Assembly: GCA_017433415.1 (NCBI GenBank)
Contig: JAFRHI010000023.1
Location: forward strand, 80,520-144,519
DNA: 64,000 bases
Direction: 5' to 3'
From: Bacilli bacterium
Lineage (GTDB): Bacteria; Bacillota_I; Bacilli_A; RF39; UBA660
The notes beneath the pieces were generated by a model that ran no database searches, was not told the DNA's origin, and was given only the letters and a program-made list of their open reading frames with translations. Every line of letters begins with the position of its first letter. Position 1 is the first letter of the stretch. This document shows, piece after piece, positions 49,664 to 58,558 of this stretch. Both the position numbers and the translations under genes were made by a program.

Positions 49664-49736
49664 ATTATCACCTCTGATAAAAATATATGAATTAAGTTTT
49701 GAATTATGTGATAAACTAATATTAGGTGAACATTAC

Positions 49737-51788
49737 ATGGGTAAAAATAAAAGAAAGAGAAAAATTAATTATGATTTAGTAATTCAAAATAGAGTTTTGA
49801 TATTTTTAGTTATTATTGTTTCTTTATTTGGGATTATTATTTTTAAAATGGTTGATGTAATGTTGTTTAATAAGAAGATTTATACTGATAATTTAGAGAG
49901 ACTTAGTTATACTAAAGTTACGGGTACTAGTAGTCCTAGGGGAAGAATTTATGATAGAAATTATAATATAATTGTTGATAATAAGTCTTTAAAAACTATT
50001 GTTTATCAAAAGAAGAAAGGTACTACTAATTTAGAAATGATTGAGGTTGCGAGAAAGATTTCTTCTCATTTAGATTTAAATTATTCAAGGCTTACTGAGA
50101 GGGCTAGGAGAGAGTATTATTTTGCGAAGAATAAAGGTGAATGTGATAAGTTAGTTACTAAGAGTGAGATAGAAAAAGTTAAACAGAGGAAGTTAACTCA
50201 AAATGAACTTGATGAACTAAAATTAAAAAGAATTAGTGAAGAGAAGTTAAAGTTTTCTCCTGAGGAAGAGAGAATTGCATATATTTATTATTTAATGAAT
50301 AAGGGATATACTTATGAAGAAAAGATTATTAAAAGTGATGCGAGTGATGTAGAGTATGCCTATGTATCTGAAAATAATGAAGAGTTAGTTGGGTTTAATA
50401 CGAAAATTGATTGGGAGAGAGTATATCCATATGGTGATACTTTAAGGAGTATTCTTGGTACTGTTTCAACGCCTTCTCAAGGAATACCTGCTGAAGAGAA
50501 GGATTATTATTTGGAAAAAGGGTATAGTTTAAATGATAGGGTTGGTTTAAGCTATTTGGAAAAGGAATATGAAGAATATTTAAAGGGAGAAAAAGCTCTT
50601 TATGAAGTTGTTAATTCACATGAAACAAAACTAATTAAAGAAGGAAGTCGTGGTAAAGACATTGTTTTAAGTATAGATATTAATTTACAAAAAGAAGTGG
50701 AAAGAATCTTAGAAGAAAACATTAGAAGAGCAAAAGGAGAAGCTAATACTGATTATTATGATCACTCTAGTGTTATTATTCAAGAACCTAATACAGGTGA
50801 GATTTTAGCTATTGCTAGTAAGAGAATTGTTGGGGATAATGTAATTGATAATACAACAAGTATTTTAATGTCACCAATTACTCCTGGTAGTGTTGTTAAA
50901 GGGGCATCGATGTTAGTTGGTTATAATGAGGGTGCTGTGCATATTGGTGAGAGAATGCTTGATGAATGTGTTAAAGTTGCTGGTACTCCGGAAAAATGTT
51001 CATCTGTTAATAATTTAGGGGTAATTGATGATATTACGGCACTAGCTAAGAGTAGTAATGTTTATCAGTTTAAAATAGCAATTAGAGTAAATGGTCAAGA
51101 GTATTTTAGAGGAATGCGACTTAACTTTAATCAAGAAGCTTTTGATAAGTATCGTAATATGTATCATTCTTTTGGACTTGGTGTTAAAACAGAAATTGAT
51201 TTACCAGTTGAAAGTAGTGGTTATTCTTCAAAAGATAAAGCGGCGGGTAATTTACTTGATTTTGTAATGGGACAATATGAAACATATACACCAATTCAGT
51301 TATCTCAATATATTTCAACTATTGCGAATGGGGGAGAAAGGGTTGCTCCACATTTATTAAAAGAAGTTCATAAAAGTAGTGATAATGATAAAATTGGAGA
51401 TGTTGATTTTAATGTTGAAAGAAAAGTTCTTAATAAGATTGATACTAGTGAAGAGTATTTAAATCGCGTTAAGCAAGGCTTTATAGCGGTTCTTAATTCT
51501 CCTGGGGGATATGGTGTTGGTTATATGGATACTAGTATGCGTCCAGCAGGTAAGACTGGTACATCACAAAGTTTTATTGATACTAATAATGATGGAAGAA
51601 TTGATACAGAAACAATTACAAGTTCTTTTATTGGTTATGCTCCATATGATAATCCTAAAATGAGTATTGTTGTTACATCTCCTGATTCATCGCATCCTAA
51701 TTCTTCTACTAATTATGCATCACTTGTCACTTATAGGATTACTAGAGAAGTTACTGCTAAATACACTGAAATGTATGGTATAGATTGA
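49737..51788 (+). CDS. Penicillin-binding protein 2 (class B transpeptidase)
   Basis: N-terminal TM, PBP dimer domain, SxxK 'SVVK', SxN 'SSN', 'KTGTS'. The ATG at 49737 (AGGTGA upstream) is preferred over the track's start at 49659. Confidence 0.85.
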   Translation: MGKNKRKRKINYDLVIQNRVLIFLVIIVSLFGIIIFKMVDVMLFNKKIYTDNLERLSYTKVTGTSSPRGRIYDRNYNIIVDNKSLKTIVYQKKKGTTNLEMIEVARKISSHLDLNYSRLTERARREYYFAKNKGECDKLVTKSEIEKVKQRKLTQNELDELKLKRISEEKLKFSPEEERIAYIYYLMNKGYTYEEKIIKSDASDVEYAYVSENNEELVGFNTKIDWERVYPYGDTLRSILGTVSTPSQGIPAEEKDYYLEKGYSLNDRVGLSYLEKEYEEYLKGEKALYEVVNSHETKLIKEGSRGKDIVLSIDINLQKEVERILEENIRRAKGEANTDYYDHSSVIIQEPNTGEILAIASKRIVGDNVIDNTTSILMSPITPGSVVKGASMLVGYNEGAVHIGERMLDECVKVAGTPEKCSSVNNLGVIDDITALAKSSNVYQFKIAIRVNGQEYFRGMRLNFNQEAFDKYRNMYHSFGLGVKTEIDLPVESSGYSSKDKAAGNLLDFVMGQYETYTPIQLSQYISTIANGGERVAPHLLKEVHKSSDNDKIGDVDFNVERKVLNKIDTSEEYLNRVKQGFIAVLNSPGGYGVGYMDTSMRPAGKTGTSQSFIDTNNDGRIDTETITSSFIGYAPYDNPKMSIVVTSPDSSHPNSSTNYASLVTYRITREVTAKYTEMYGID

Positions 51789-51840
51789 CAGATTAATAAA
51801 TATTGCTATAATAACTTTTTAGAAAAAGAGGTTTAATTGT

Positions 51841-52491
51841 ATGGTGGAAGAGTTAGCCGATAAGATTAAAAAGGGAATAGCTATTCTTACAACGACAGGT
51901 ATTATATTTTCTTTTGTTGGTTGTGAAAATATAAATTTTAAAATTAAAAATCAACGTATAATATCTGTTAAGGATAGAGGTATTGAATTAGTATTAGATG
52001 ATATTTCTGCTTATACGGAATTGGATAATAATGTAGCAATGCTAAATTATGAAGGAAATAGTTTTCTACAAATAATTGATAGTTATAATATGGCAAGAGA
52101 AAATGAAAATTATGTAGCTTGTCAAGATTATTTATATCAATTATGTTATTTGATTCTTATGGAATCAGTTTCAGAGGTATTAGATATTGATATTAAAAAA
52201 ATTACTTCTTTTGGTGTATCTTGGGATGAATATGATAATTATAATATTTTGATTAAATATCTTGATGTTGAAAATTTGATTATAGAGAAAAGTTTCTATC
52301 TTTCAGGTGATGGTATAGGGATGGCAGAGATAATTAAAAACTATTTAATGGATAAGGATATGTCACCAGAAGAAATTGATGAAAACTATATTAGATGTGT
52401 TAACTTTTTACTTACGACTGGTTATATTGTTAATGAAACAATGGTTTTCTCTTATAGTGATGACAAAGTTAAAGTTTATATTAAAAATTAG
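51841..52491 (+). CDS. Hypothetical lipoprotein
   Basis: Lipobox-like 'FSFVGC' after a hydrophobic stretch. No other motif. Confidence 0.5.
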   Translation: MVEELADKIKKGIAILTTTGIIFSFVGCENINFKIKNQRIISVKDRGIELVLDDISAYTELDNNVAMLNYEGNSFLQIIDSYNMARENENYVACQDYLYQLCYLILMESVSEVLDIDIKKITSFGVSWDEYDNYNILIKYLDVENLIIEKSFYLSGDGIGMAEIIKNYLMDKDMSPEEIDENYIRCVNFLLTTGYIVNETMVFSYSDDKVKVYIKN

Positions 52492-52548
52492 CATTATACT
52501 AGTGCTTTTTTTTTATTTGTGTTATTATTGTTATAATAGGAGGATAAT

Positions 52549-54204
52549 ATGGAAGAAGAAAAGAAAGATATTTCAACTGAGGAAGTAGAAGAGGTAGAGA
52601 AAAATGATAATTCTTTAAATTTAAAAGACGAGAAACCAAAAAAGAAAAAAGGTGGAGTTGTTTTAATTTTATTACTATTATTACTTGCTTGTGGTAGTTG
52701 TTATTTTATTTTTTATAATCCATCTGGAAAGAAAGAAACAAAGAAAGCTGATGTTGATGTAAAAGAAGTAAAGGGTGAATATCGCATGAGTGGTAATTCA
52801 CTAGAAAATTTTGACTTGGTGTTTTTAAAACTTGAAAATGAAGCTAAGAATAAAGTTTATAGCCCATTGTCAATTAAGTATGCACTTGAAATGTTAGCTG
52901 AAGGAGCTGATGGGGAAACTCGTGCGCAACTTGATGCTGTAATTGGAGATTATGAAGCTAGAAAGTATGATAATAATGAACATATGAGTTTTGCCAATGC
53001 AATGTTTATTAGGGATTCATTTAAGGATTCTATAAGGAAAGAGTATACGGATAATCTTAGTACTAAATTTGGTGCTGAAGTTATTACTGACTCATTTCAA
53101 AGTGCTAATACAATTAATTCCTGGGTAAGTGAAAAGACACTTAAATTAATTGATAAGTTATTTCAAGATGATGAAGTTGGAGAACTTAACTTTGTTCTTG
53201 CTAATGCTTTGGCAATTGATATGAGTTGGACTAATAAATTACAATGTACAGATGAAAATTTTAATCCGCAATTAACTAATGAAATTCCTTGTAAGGAATA
53301 CTCTGTTGAATATGATCATGAGAATTATAGTGATTGGGTTAGTTCAATTGGTGGCGAAGATGGTTATCCTGCAATGACTTTTAATGGCATTGAAAATATT
53401 AAATCAACTAAAATTGGTGCCAGTTTGAATAATTATGATATTATTTCTGATCTTGGTGAAGATAATATTAGAAATACAATTAGTAAAGAATATCAGGAAT
53501 GGTTAGATGAAGGAAACTGTGGTGGTCCTGAACAAAATCCTGATGTTAATACATATGTTGATCAATTTGTTAAGGATTTAGGATCTAATTATCACAAAGT
53601 GGATGTTTCGTCAGATTTTTATATTTATGATGATGAGGAAATAAAAGCTTTTGCTAAGGACTTACAAGAATATAATGGTACTACTTTACAATATGTTGGT
53701 ATTATGCCTAAAACAGTTGAACTAACTAATTATGTAGATGGTTTTGATTCTGAAAAAGCGAATACAATTATTAAAAATCTTAAAGAAATTAAAAGCGAAA
53801 ACTTTAAAGATGGTGTTGTTACTAAAATAGTTGGAAATATTCCATTATTTAAATTCGATTATGAATTGGATTTATTAACTGATTTACAAAAATTAGGTAT
53901 TAAAGATGTTTTTGATATTAATAAAGCAAATCTAACAAAAATGTTAGATGGGGGCACTAAGCAATATATTGCTAAAGCTAAACATATGGCTAATATTGAG
54001 TTTTCTAATAATGGTATTAAAGCTGCTGCTGTTACTGCTATGGGTGGTAAAGGAGCAGCAGGTTGTTGGTTTGAACATTTATATGATGTGCCTGTTGAAA
54101 CTATAGATATTACTTTTGATAAACCATACATGTATATTATTCGTGATAAATCAACTGGAGAAGTTTGGTTTGCAGGTACTGTTTATGAACCTATAAAGAA
54201 ATAG
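52549..54204 (+). CDS. Membrane-anchored serpin (serine protease inhibitor, family I4)
   Basis: 'YSPLSIKYALEMLAEGADGETRAQL', hinge 'NNGIKAAAVTAMGG', and the C-terminal serpin signature 'FDKPYMYIIRDKSTGEVWFAGTVYEP'. The N-terminal TM is 'VVLILLLLLLACGSCYFIF'. Confidence 0.8.
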   Translation: MEEEKKDISTEEVEEVEKNDNSLNLKDEKPKKKKGGVVLILLLLLLACGSCYFIFYNPSGKKETKKADVDVKEVKGEYRMSGNSLENFDLVFLKLENEAKNKVYSPLSIKYALEMLAEGADGETRAQLDAVIGDYEARKYDNNEHMSFANAMFIRDSFKDSIRKEYTDNLSTKFGAEVITDSFQSANTINSWVSEKTLKLIDKLFQDDEVGELNFVLANALAIDMSWTNKLQCTDENFNPQLTNEIPCKEYSVEYDHENYSDWVSSIGGEDGYPAMTFNGIENIKSTKIGASLNNYDIISDLGEDNIRNTISKEYQEWLDEGNCGGPEQNPDVNTYVDQFVKDLGSNYHKVDVSSDFYIYDDEEIKAFAKDLQEYNGTTLQYVGIMPKTVELTNYVDGFDSEKANTIIKNLKEIKSENFKDGVVTKIVGNIPLFKFDYELDLLTDLQKLGIKDVFDINKANLTKMLDGGTKQYIAKAKHMANIEFSNNGIKAAAVTAMGGKGAAGCWFEHLYDVPVETIDITFDKPYMYIIRDKSTGEVWFAGTVYEPIKK

Positions 54205-54238
54205 TGTCAAATTTTGTATAGTTTTAATTAATATAAAA

Positions 54239-54263
54239 AAAGGAGCTAAATACTCCTTTTTTT
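54239..54263 (+). terminator. Rho-independent terminator after the serpin gene
   Basis: AAAGGAG-CTAAATA-CTCCTTT followed by TTTT. Confidence 0.8.
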
Positions 54264-54308
54264 ATATTTTTTTATTTGCTAGAATTTTTATAAGGAGTGT
54301 GTGATATT

Positions 54309-55142
54309 ATGGCGAAAGAAAAAAAAGAAGTTAATGAAAATAGTAAAGGTAGTAGGTTTCGAGTAACTTTATTGATTGTATTGTTGTTTGGAGTGTTTCT
54401 AGGATTTGGGTTTGCTTTAGGTGGAGTTAATATAATTAATAAAGCTGTAGGTAGTAACGATGTTACTACTACATCAACTGATAAAAAAGCAACTAATGAT
54501 AATGCTAAATATACAGAAATAGCAGTTGACGTTATGATTGAGAATTTGTATGAGCGAGTTAAGACTTTTACTTCAACAGGAGCTAAAGTAAGTGAGATGA
54601 GTGATAAAGAAAAAGGTGTTTTAGCATCTAGATATTTTATGCGTTATGATGAATTCTATCAATATGATAATTCTCATCATTTGAAAGAAGCTGATGTTCA
54701 ATATGCATATGATTCTATATTTGGGGCTGGTACTTATAAATCTGGGCAAACTATCTATACAAGTTGTTCTGATTATAATTATGATGCAACTAAGAAAGAA
54801 TATATTACTTATCAGGATGGTTGTGGTGGAACTAGTGCTCAAGCAGTTTATTCAAAAGTTGTTAAGGCTGAAAAAGCAGGTAACATGTTAAAAGTTACTG
54901 CAGGTGTTTTATATGTAGATGGTTCTGAAGATAAAGTTTATAGAGATTTTGAAAAAACTAAGACTTTAGGTAATACTATTGGCGAATACTTAGGAACTGC
55001 AGGTGAGTATCAAGAAATGTATGCTAAGAGACATATTGAAAATACTGTTGATACTTGTGAATTATATACTTATACTTTTGAAGCTGATAATAATGGATTT
55101 TATAAGTATGTAGGATTTGAAAGAACTCAAGAAGCTAAATAA
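54309..55142 (+). CDS. Hypothetical N-terminally anchored extracellular protein
   Basis: 277 aa with TM 'VTLLIVLLFGVFLGFGFALGGV'. The ATG at 54309 follows AAGGAGTG. Confidence 0.5.
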   Translation: MAKEKKEVNENSKGSRFRVTLLIVLLFGVFLGFGFALGGVNIINKAVGSNDVTTTSTDKKATNDNAKYTEIAVDVMIENLYERVKTFTSTGAKVSEMSDKEKGVLASRYFMRYDEFYQYDNSHHLKEADVQYAYDSIFGAGTYKSGQTIYTSCSDYNYDATKKEYITYQDGCGGTSAQAVYSKVVKAEKAGNMLKVTAGVLYVDGSEDKVYRDFEKTKTLGNTIGEYLGTAGEYQEMYAKRHIENTVDTCELYTYTFEADNNGFYKYVGFERTQEAK

Positions 55143-55147
55143 TAGGA

Positions 55148-55375
55148 CTAGAGATTATTCTCTAGTCCTTTTTTTACTCTTTTTCTAATTGTTTCTATTA
55201 GTTGATCTTTTAATTCTTGTGAAGCATTTTCCCAGATGAGTTCAAAAAACACTCCAAGACCAGGTAGAGTTACTTCATCTTTTGCTTCAACAGCTTCATC
55301 AATTGCTCGGCGAAGAGTACTATAATCATCTCCTTTAAAATTATTAATAATATGTTTTCTAATATTTATATCCAT
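55148..55375 (-). CDS. sspI: Small acid-soluble spore protein I
   Basis: 75 aa. 'MDINIRKHIINNF.G......L...I.EA......V.LPGLGVFFELIWENAS' is colinear with Bacillus SspI ('MDLNLR...LPGLGVLFEVIW'). Confidence 0.75.
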   Translation of the reverse strand: MDINIRKHIINNFKGDDYSTLRRAIDEAVEAKDEVTLPGLGVFFELIWENASQELKDQLIETIRKRVKKGLENNL

Positions 55376-55391
55376 ATTTTCCTCCTATAGT

Positions 55392-55421
55392 TATTATGAT
55401 TATAAATATTAGTTTTTATTC
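55392..55421 (-). promoter_or_regulatory. Forespore (sigma-G/sigma-F type) promoter candidate for sspI
   Basis: On the minus strand: GAATA (55421-55417), an 18-nt spacer, then CATAATA (55398-55392). This matches the GHATR-N17/18-CATXHTA consensus. GGAGG and the ATG follow within 17 nt. Confidence 0.45.
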
Positions 55422-55469
55422 AATAGTGCTTTTTTTACTAATTTATTGTAAAATAATATTGGTGGTTAT

Positions 55470-56108
55470 ATGCAACTTACGTATAATAATAAGAATTATG
55501 AAATAATAATTGAAAAGAAAAAGAGTAATAGAAATACTTATATAAGAGTTAAAAAGGATTTAAAAATTTATGTTACTACTTCTTTTTTTACTACTAATAG
55601 ATTTATTGAAAATTTAATTGAAGAAAATTATGATCGAATTGGTAAAATGATTGATGCTCAAGAAATTAAAGCTAAAAATAACAATGGGTTTAATTATTTG
55701 GGTAAACAATATGTGGTTATTTATTGTGATAGTGAAGGTATTACTTTTAGTGGTGATAAAGTCTATATTAATCATGATTTTGATATAGATAAATGGTATA
55801 AGAAACAAGCAAAGACTTTGTTTTTGGAACGACTTAATTACAATTATAATAATTTTAGTCGAAAAATACCTTATCCAAAACTAAGAATTAGAAAGATGAC
55901 TAGTAGATGGGGAGTTTGTAATATTAATACACATATAATTACATTAAATTTGGAACTTATAAAAAGAGATATTAGTTATTTAGATTATGTAATTATTCAT
56001 GAGATGAGTCATTTAATTCATGGAGATCATTCAACATCTTTTTGGAAATTAGTAGAAGAAAATATGCCTAATTATAAAAAATATAGGGAAGAAATGAAGG
56101 AGTTTTAA
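55470..56108 (+). CDS. YgjP-like (DUF45 / M48-related) metal-dependent hydrolase
   Basis: 'RWGVCN...ITLNLELI' followed by the HExxH motif in 'VIIHEMSHLIHGDHS'. Confidence 0.75.
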   Translation: MQLTYNNKNYEIIIEKKKSNRNTYIRVKKDLKIYVTTSFFTTNRFIENLIEENYDRIGKMIDAQEIKAKNNNGFNYLGKQYVVIYCDSEGITFSGDKVYINHDFDIDKWYKKQAKTLFLERLNYNYNNFSRKIPYPKLRIRKMTSRWGVCNINTHIITLNLELIKRDISYLDYVIIHEMSHLIHGDHSTSFWKLVEENMPNYKKYREEMKEF

Positions 56109-56836
56109 TGGTTATAACTAGTTTAGAAAATTCTAAAGTTAAAGATTATGTAAAATTACAACAAAGAAAATATCGTGATTTTACTAATACTTATATAATT
56201 GAAGGAGAACACTTAGTAATTGAGGCTTATAAAGCCGGTTTAGTTAAAGAATTAATTTTGCTTGATGGAGAAAAAGTTCCTTTTGATATTGATTATATTT
56301 ATGTTAGTAATGAAGTAATGAAGAAGATATCTACTCTTGATACAGCACCTACTATTATGGCTGTATGTAATAAAAGTAATTCTTCTGATATTGTTGGTGA
56401 TAAAGTATTATTACTTGATGGTATTCAAGATCCGGGTAATTTAGGGACTATTATTAGAAGTAGTGTAGCTTTTAATATTGATACAATTATTTTGTCGGAG
56501 AATACAGTTGATTTATATAATCCAAAGGTTTTAAGGGCAACGCAAGGAATGTATTGTCATGTTAATATTATTAGTCGTGATGCGATAGATGCAATTAATT
56601 ATTTAAAAGATAATAATTATATTGTTTATGGTACTAATGTTAATAATGGTTATGATGTACGTGAAGTAGATTCTAATGATAAGTTCTGTTTAATTATGGG
56701 TAATGAAGGTAATGGGGTTCGTGAGGGAATTCAAAATATGTGTGATAAGAATTTGTATATAAAAATGAATAATGCAGTTGAGAGTTTAAATGTAGGAGTT
56801 GCTTGTAGTATTTTACTGTATGAATTAGGGAGGTAG
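56108..56836 (+). CDS. TrmH/SpoU-family RNA 2'-O-methyltransferase (RlmB/YsgA-like)
   Basis: 'LLDGIQDPGNLGTIIRS', 'LIMGNEGNGV' and 'SLNVGVACSILLYE'. It also has an N-terminal substrate-binding domain. Confidence 0.8.
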   Translation: MVITSLENSKVKDYVKLQQRKYRDFTNTYIIEGEHLVIEAYKAGLVKELILLDGEKVPFDIDYIYVSNEVMKKISTLDTAPTIMAVCNKSNSSDIVGDKVLLLDGIQDPGNLGTIIRSSVAFNIDTIILSENTVDLYNPKVLRATQGMYCHVNIISRDAIDAINYLKDNNYIVYGTNVNNGYDVREVDSNDKFCLIMGNEGNGVREGIQNMCDKNLYIKMNNAVESLNVGVACSILLYELGR

Positions 56837-56837
56837 T

Positions 56838-57320
56838 ATGGAAAAGATTTATATTGGTAAAATAGTATCTACTCATGGAATAAAAGGAGAGGTTAAAATA
56901 TTAAGTGATTTTCAATATAAAGATAAGGTTTTTGTTGTTGGTAAAAAGTTAATTATTGATGACTTGGTATTTTTAATTAGGAGTTATAGAGTACACAAGA
57001 AATTTGATATGGTTACTTTAAATGATTATAAAGATATTAATGAGGTTTTATATTTACTTAATAAGAAGGTATATGTATCTTTAGATGATTTAGAACTTGG
57101 TGATAATGAGGTTTTAGATGAGGAGTTAATTACTTATAAAGTATTGACAAATGATGGTAAAAGAGGAATAATAAAAGAAATTTTCTTGGCAAGTAAAACT
57201 AATAAAGTGCTTAGAGTTTTCTTTGATGAAGAAGTTTTAATTCCAATGAATTCACCAATGATTGTAAAAATTGATAAAAAGAATAAATGTGTTTATGTAG
57301 ATTTAATTGATGGAATGTAA
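56838..57320 (+). CDS. rimM: Ribosome maturation factor RimM
   Basis: 'IGKIVSTHGIKGEVKI' followed by a PRC barrel. Its position directly upstream of trmD fits. Confidence 0.88.
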   Translation: MEKIYIGKIVSTHGIKGEVKILSDFQYKDKVFVVGKKLIIDDLVFLIRSYRVHKKFDMVTLNDYKDINEVLYLLNKKVYVSLDDLELGDNEVLDEELITYKVLTNDGKRGIIKEIFLASKTNKVLRVFFDEEVLIPMNSPMIVKIDKKNKCVYVDLIDGM

Positions 57321-57331
57321 TGGGTGGTTGT

Positions 57332-58003
57332 ATGAAGATAGATATTTTAACTTTATTTCCTAATATGTTTGATGGTGTTTTTAATGAGTCAATTATTAAA
57401 AGAGCAATAGATAATGGTAATGTAGAAATTAACTTGATTAATTTTAGAGATTATTCACTTGATCCACATAATAAAGTTGATGATACTCCTTATGGTGGAG
57501 GAGTGGGAATGGTTCTTACTTGTCAACCTATATTTGATTGCGTTAAAGCAATTAGGAGTAATGATGCTAAAGTTATTTTATTAACTCCTAGTGGTATTAC
57601 ATATAAGCAAAAAAAGGCTTATGAACTTGCGAAAGAGAAGCATTTAATTATTATTTGTGGTCACTATGAGGGGTTTGATGAGAGAATAAAATCTATTTGT
57701 GATATGGAAATTAGTATTGGGGATTATGTACTTACTGGTGGAGAAGTACCCGCAATGGTATTAGTTGATTCAATTACAAGACTTCTTCCAGGGGTAATTA
57801 ATGAAGAGAGTCATTTAGAGGATTCTTTTAATGATAATTATTTACTTGACTATCCTACCTATACTAAACCAAGAGTATTTGAAGGTATGGAAGTGCCTGA
57901 AGTATTAATATCAGGGGATCATAAAAAAATAGCTCAATATAGGCAGGAAGAAAGTTTAAGAATAACTAAGGAAAATAGACCAGATTTATTGGATAATAAG
58001 TAG
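57332..58003 (+). CDS. trmD: tRNA (guanine37-N1)-methyltransferase
   Basis: 'MKIDILTLFPNMF', 'YGGGVGMV', 'LLTPSG', 'IICGHYEGFDER' and 'ISIGDYVLTGGE'. An alternative ATG at 57320 overlaps the rimM stop. Confidence 0.92.
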   Translation: MKIDILTLFPNMFDGVFNESIIKRAIDNGNVEINLINFRDYSLDPHNKVDDTPYGGGVGMVLTCQPIFDCVKAIRSNDAKVILLTPSGITYKQKKAYELAKEKHLIIICGHYEGFDERIKSICDMEISIGDYVLTGGEVPAMVLVDSITRLLPGVINEESHLEDSFNDNYLLDYPTYTKPRVFEGMEVPEVLISGDHKKIAQYRQEESLRITKENRPDLLDNK

Positions 58004-58012
58004 GTGATTTTA

Positions 58013-58462
58013 ATGTATTCTGTTAATAATACTAAGTATAAAAATAAGTATAAATTGGTAGATAAAGAAGAACTTATGGTTATTTCTGGTTTTTTAATGG
58101 GAGGAAAGACAAAGCCCTTTAAAATTGATGGAGAAGATATTAGAAATATTGTTGTCGTTAAAAGGAAGTTGGCTAATCCTTTAGCAACAAAAAAGGTAAT
58201 GACCAAGTATACTAAATTAATTGCTTATTTAACAGAATTGTTAATAGATGATGATGATAGTGGAGATTCTTTTAGAGAGGCACTAAATCAAATTGAAAAG
58301 TTTAGGTTAGAAATAAAAGTTAAATATCGGGAATTTTTAAAGCAAAAAGAATTGGAAATGATGTCAAAGCAACTTACTGCTTTGAAGAAAGAAGCTATGA
58401 AAAGATTAATGGAGATTCAAGATAGTTATATAGCTATGAATGAAAATAATAGAAGTAGATAA
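58013..58462 (+). CDS. Hypothetical protein (coiled-coil C-terminus)
   Basis: 149-aa ORF. The ATG at 58013 follows AGGTGA. No recognised motif. Confidence 0.45.
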   Translation: MYSVNNTKYKNKYKLVDKEELMVISGFLMGGKTKPFKIDGEDIRNIVVVKRKLANPLATKKVMTKYTKLIAYLTELLIDDDDSGDSFREALNQIEKFRLEIKVKYREFLKQKELEMMSKQLTALKKEAMKRLMEIQDSYIAMNENNRSR

Positions 58463-58558
58463 AACTAATTAGATAATATAATTAGTTTTTTTTTGATTGT
58501 TTTTGCTAGATTGTTATGCTATAATTTTTGTAGATAATATCATAATGGATGGTGTTTT

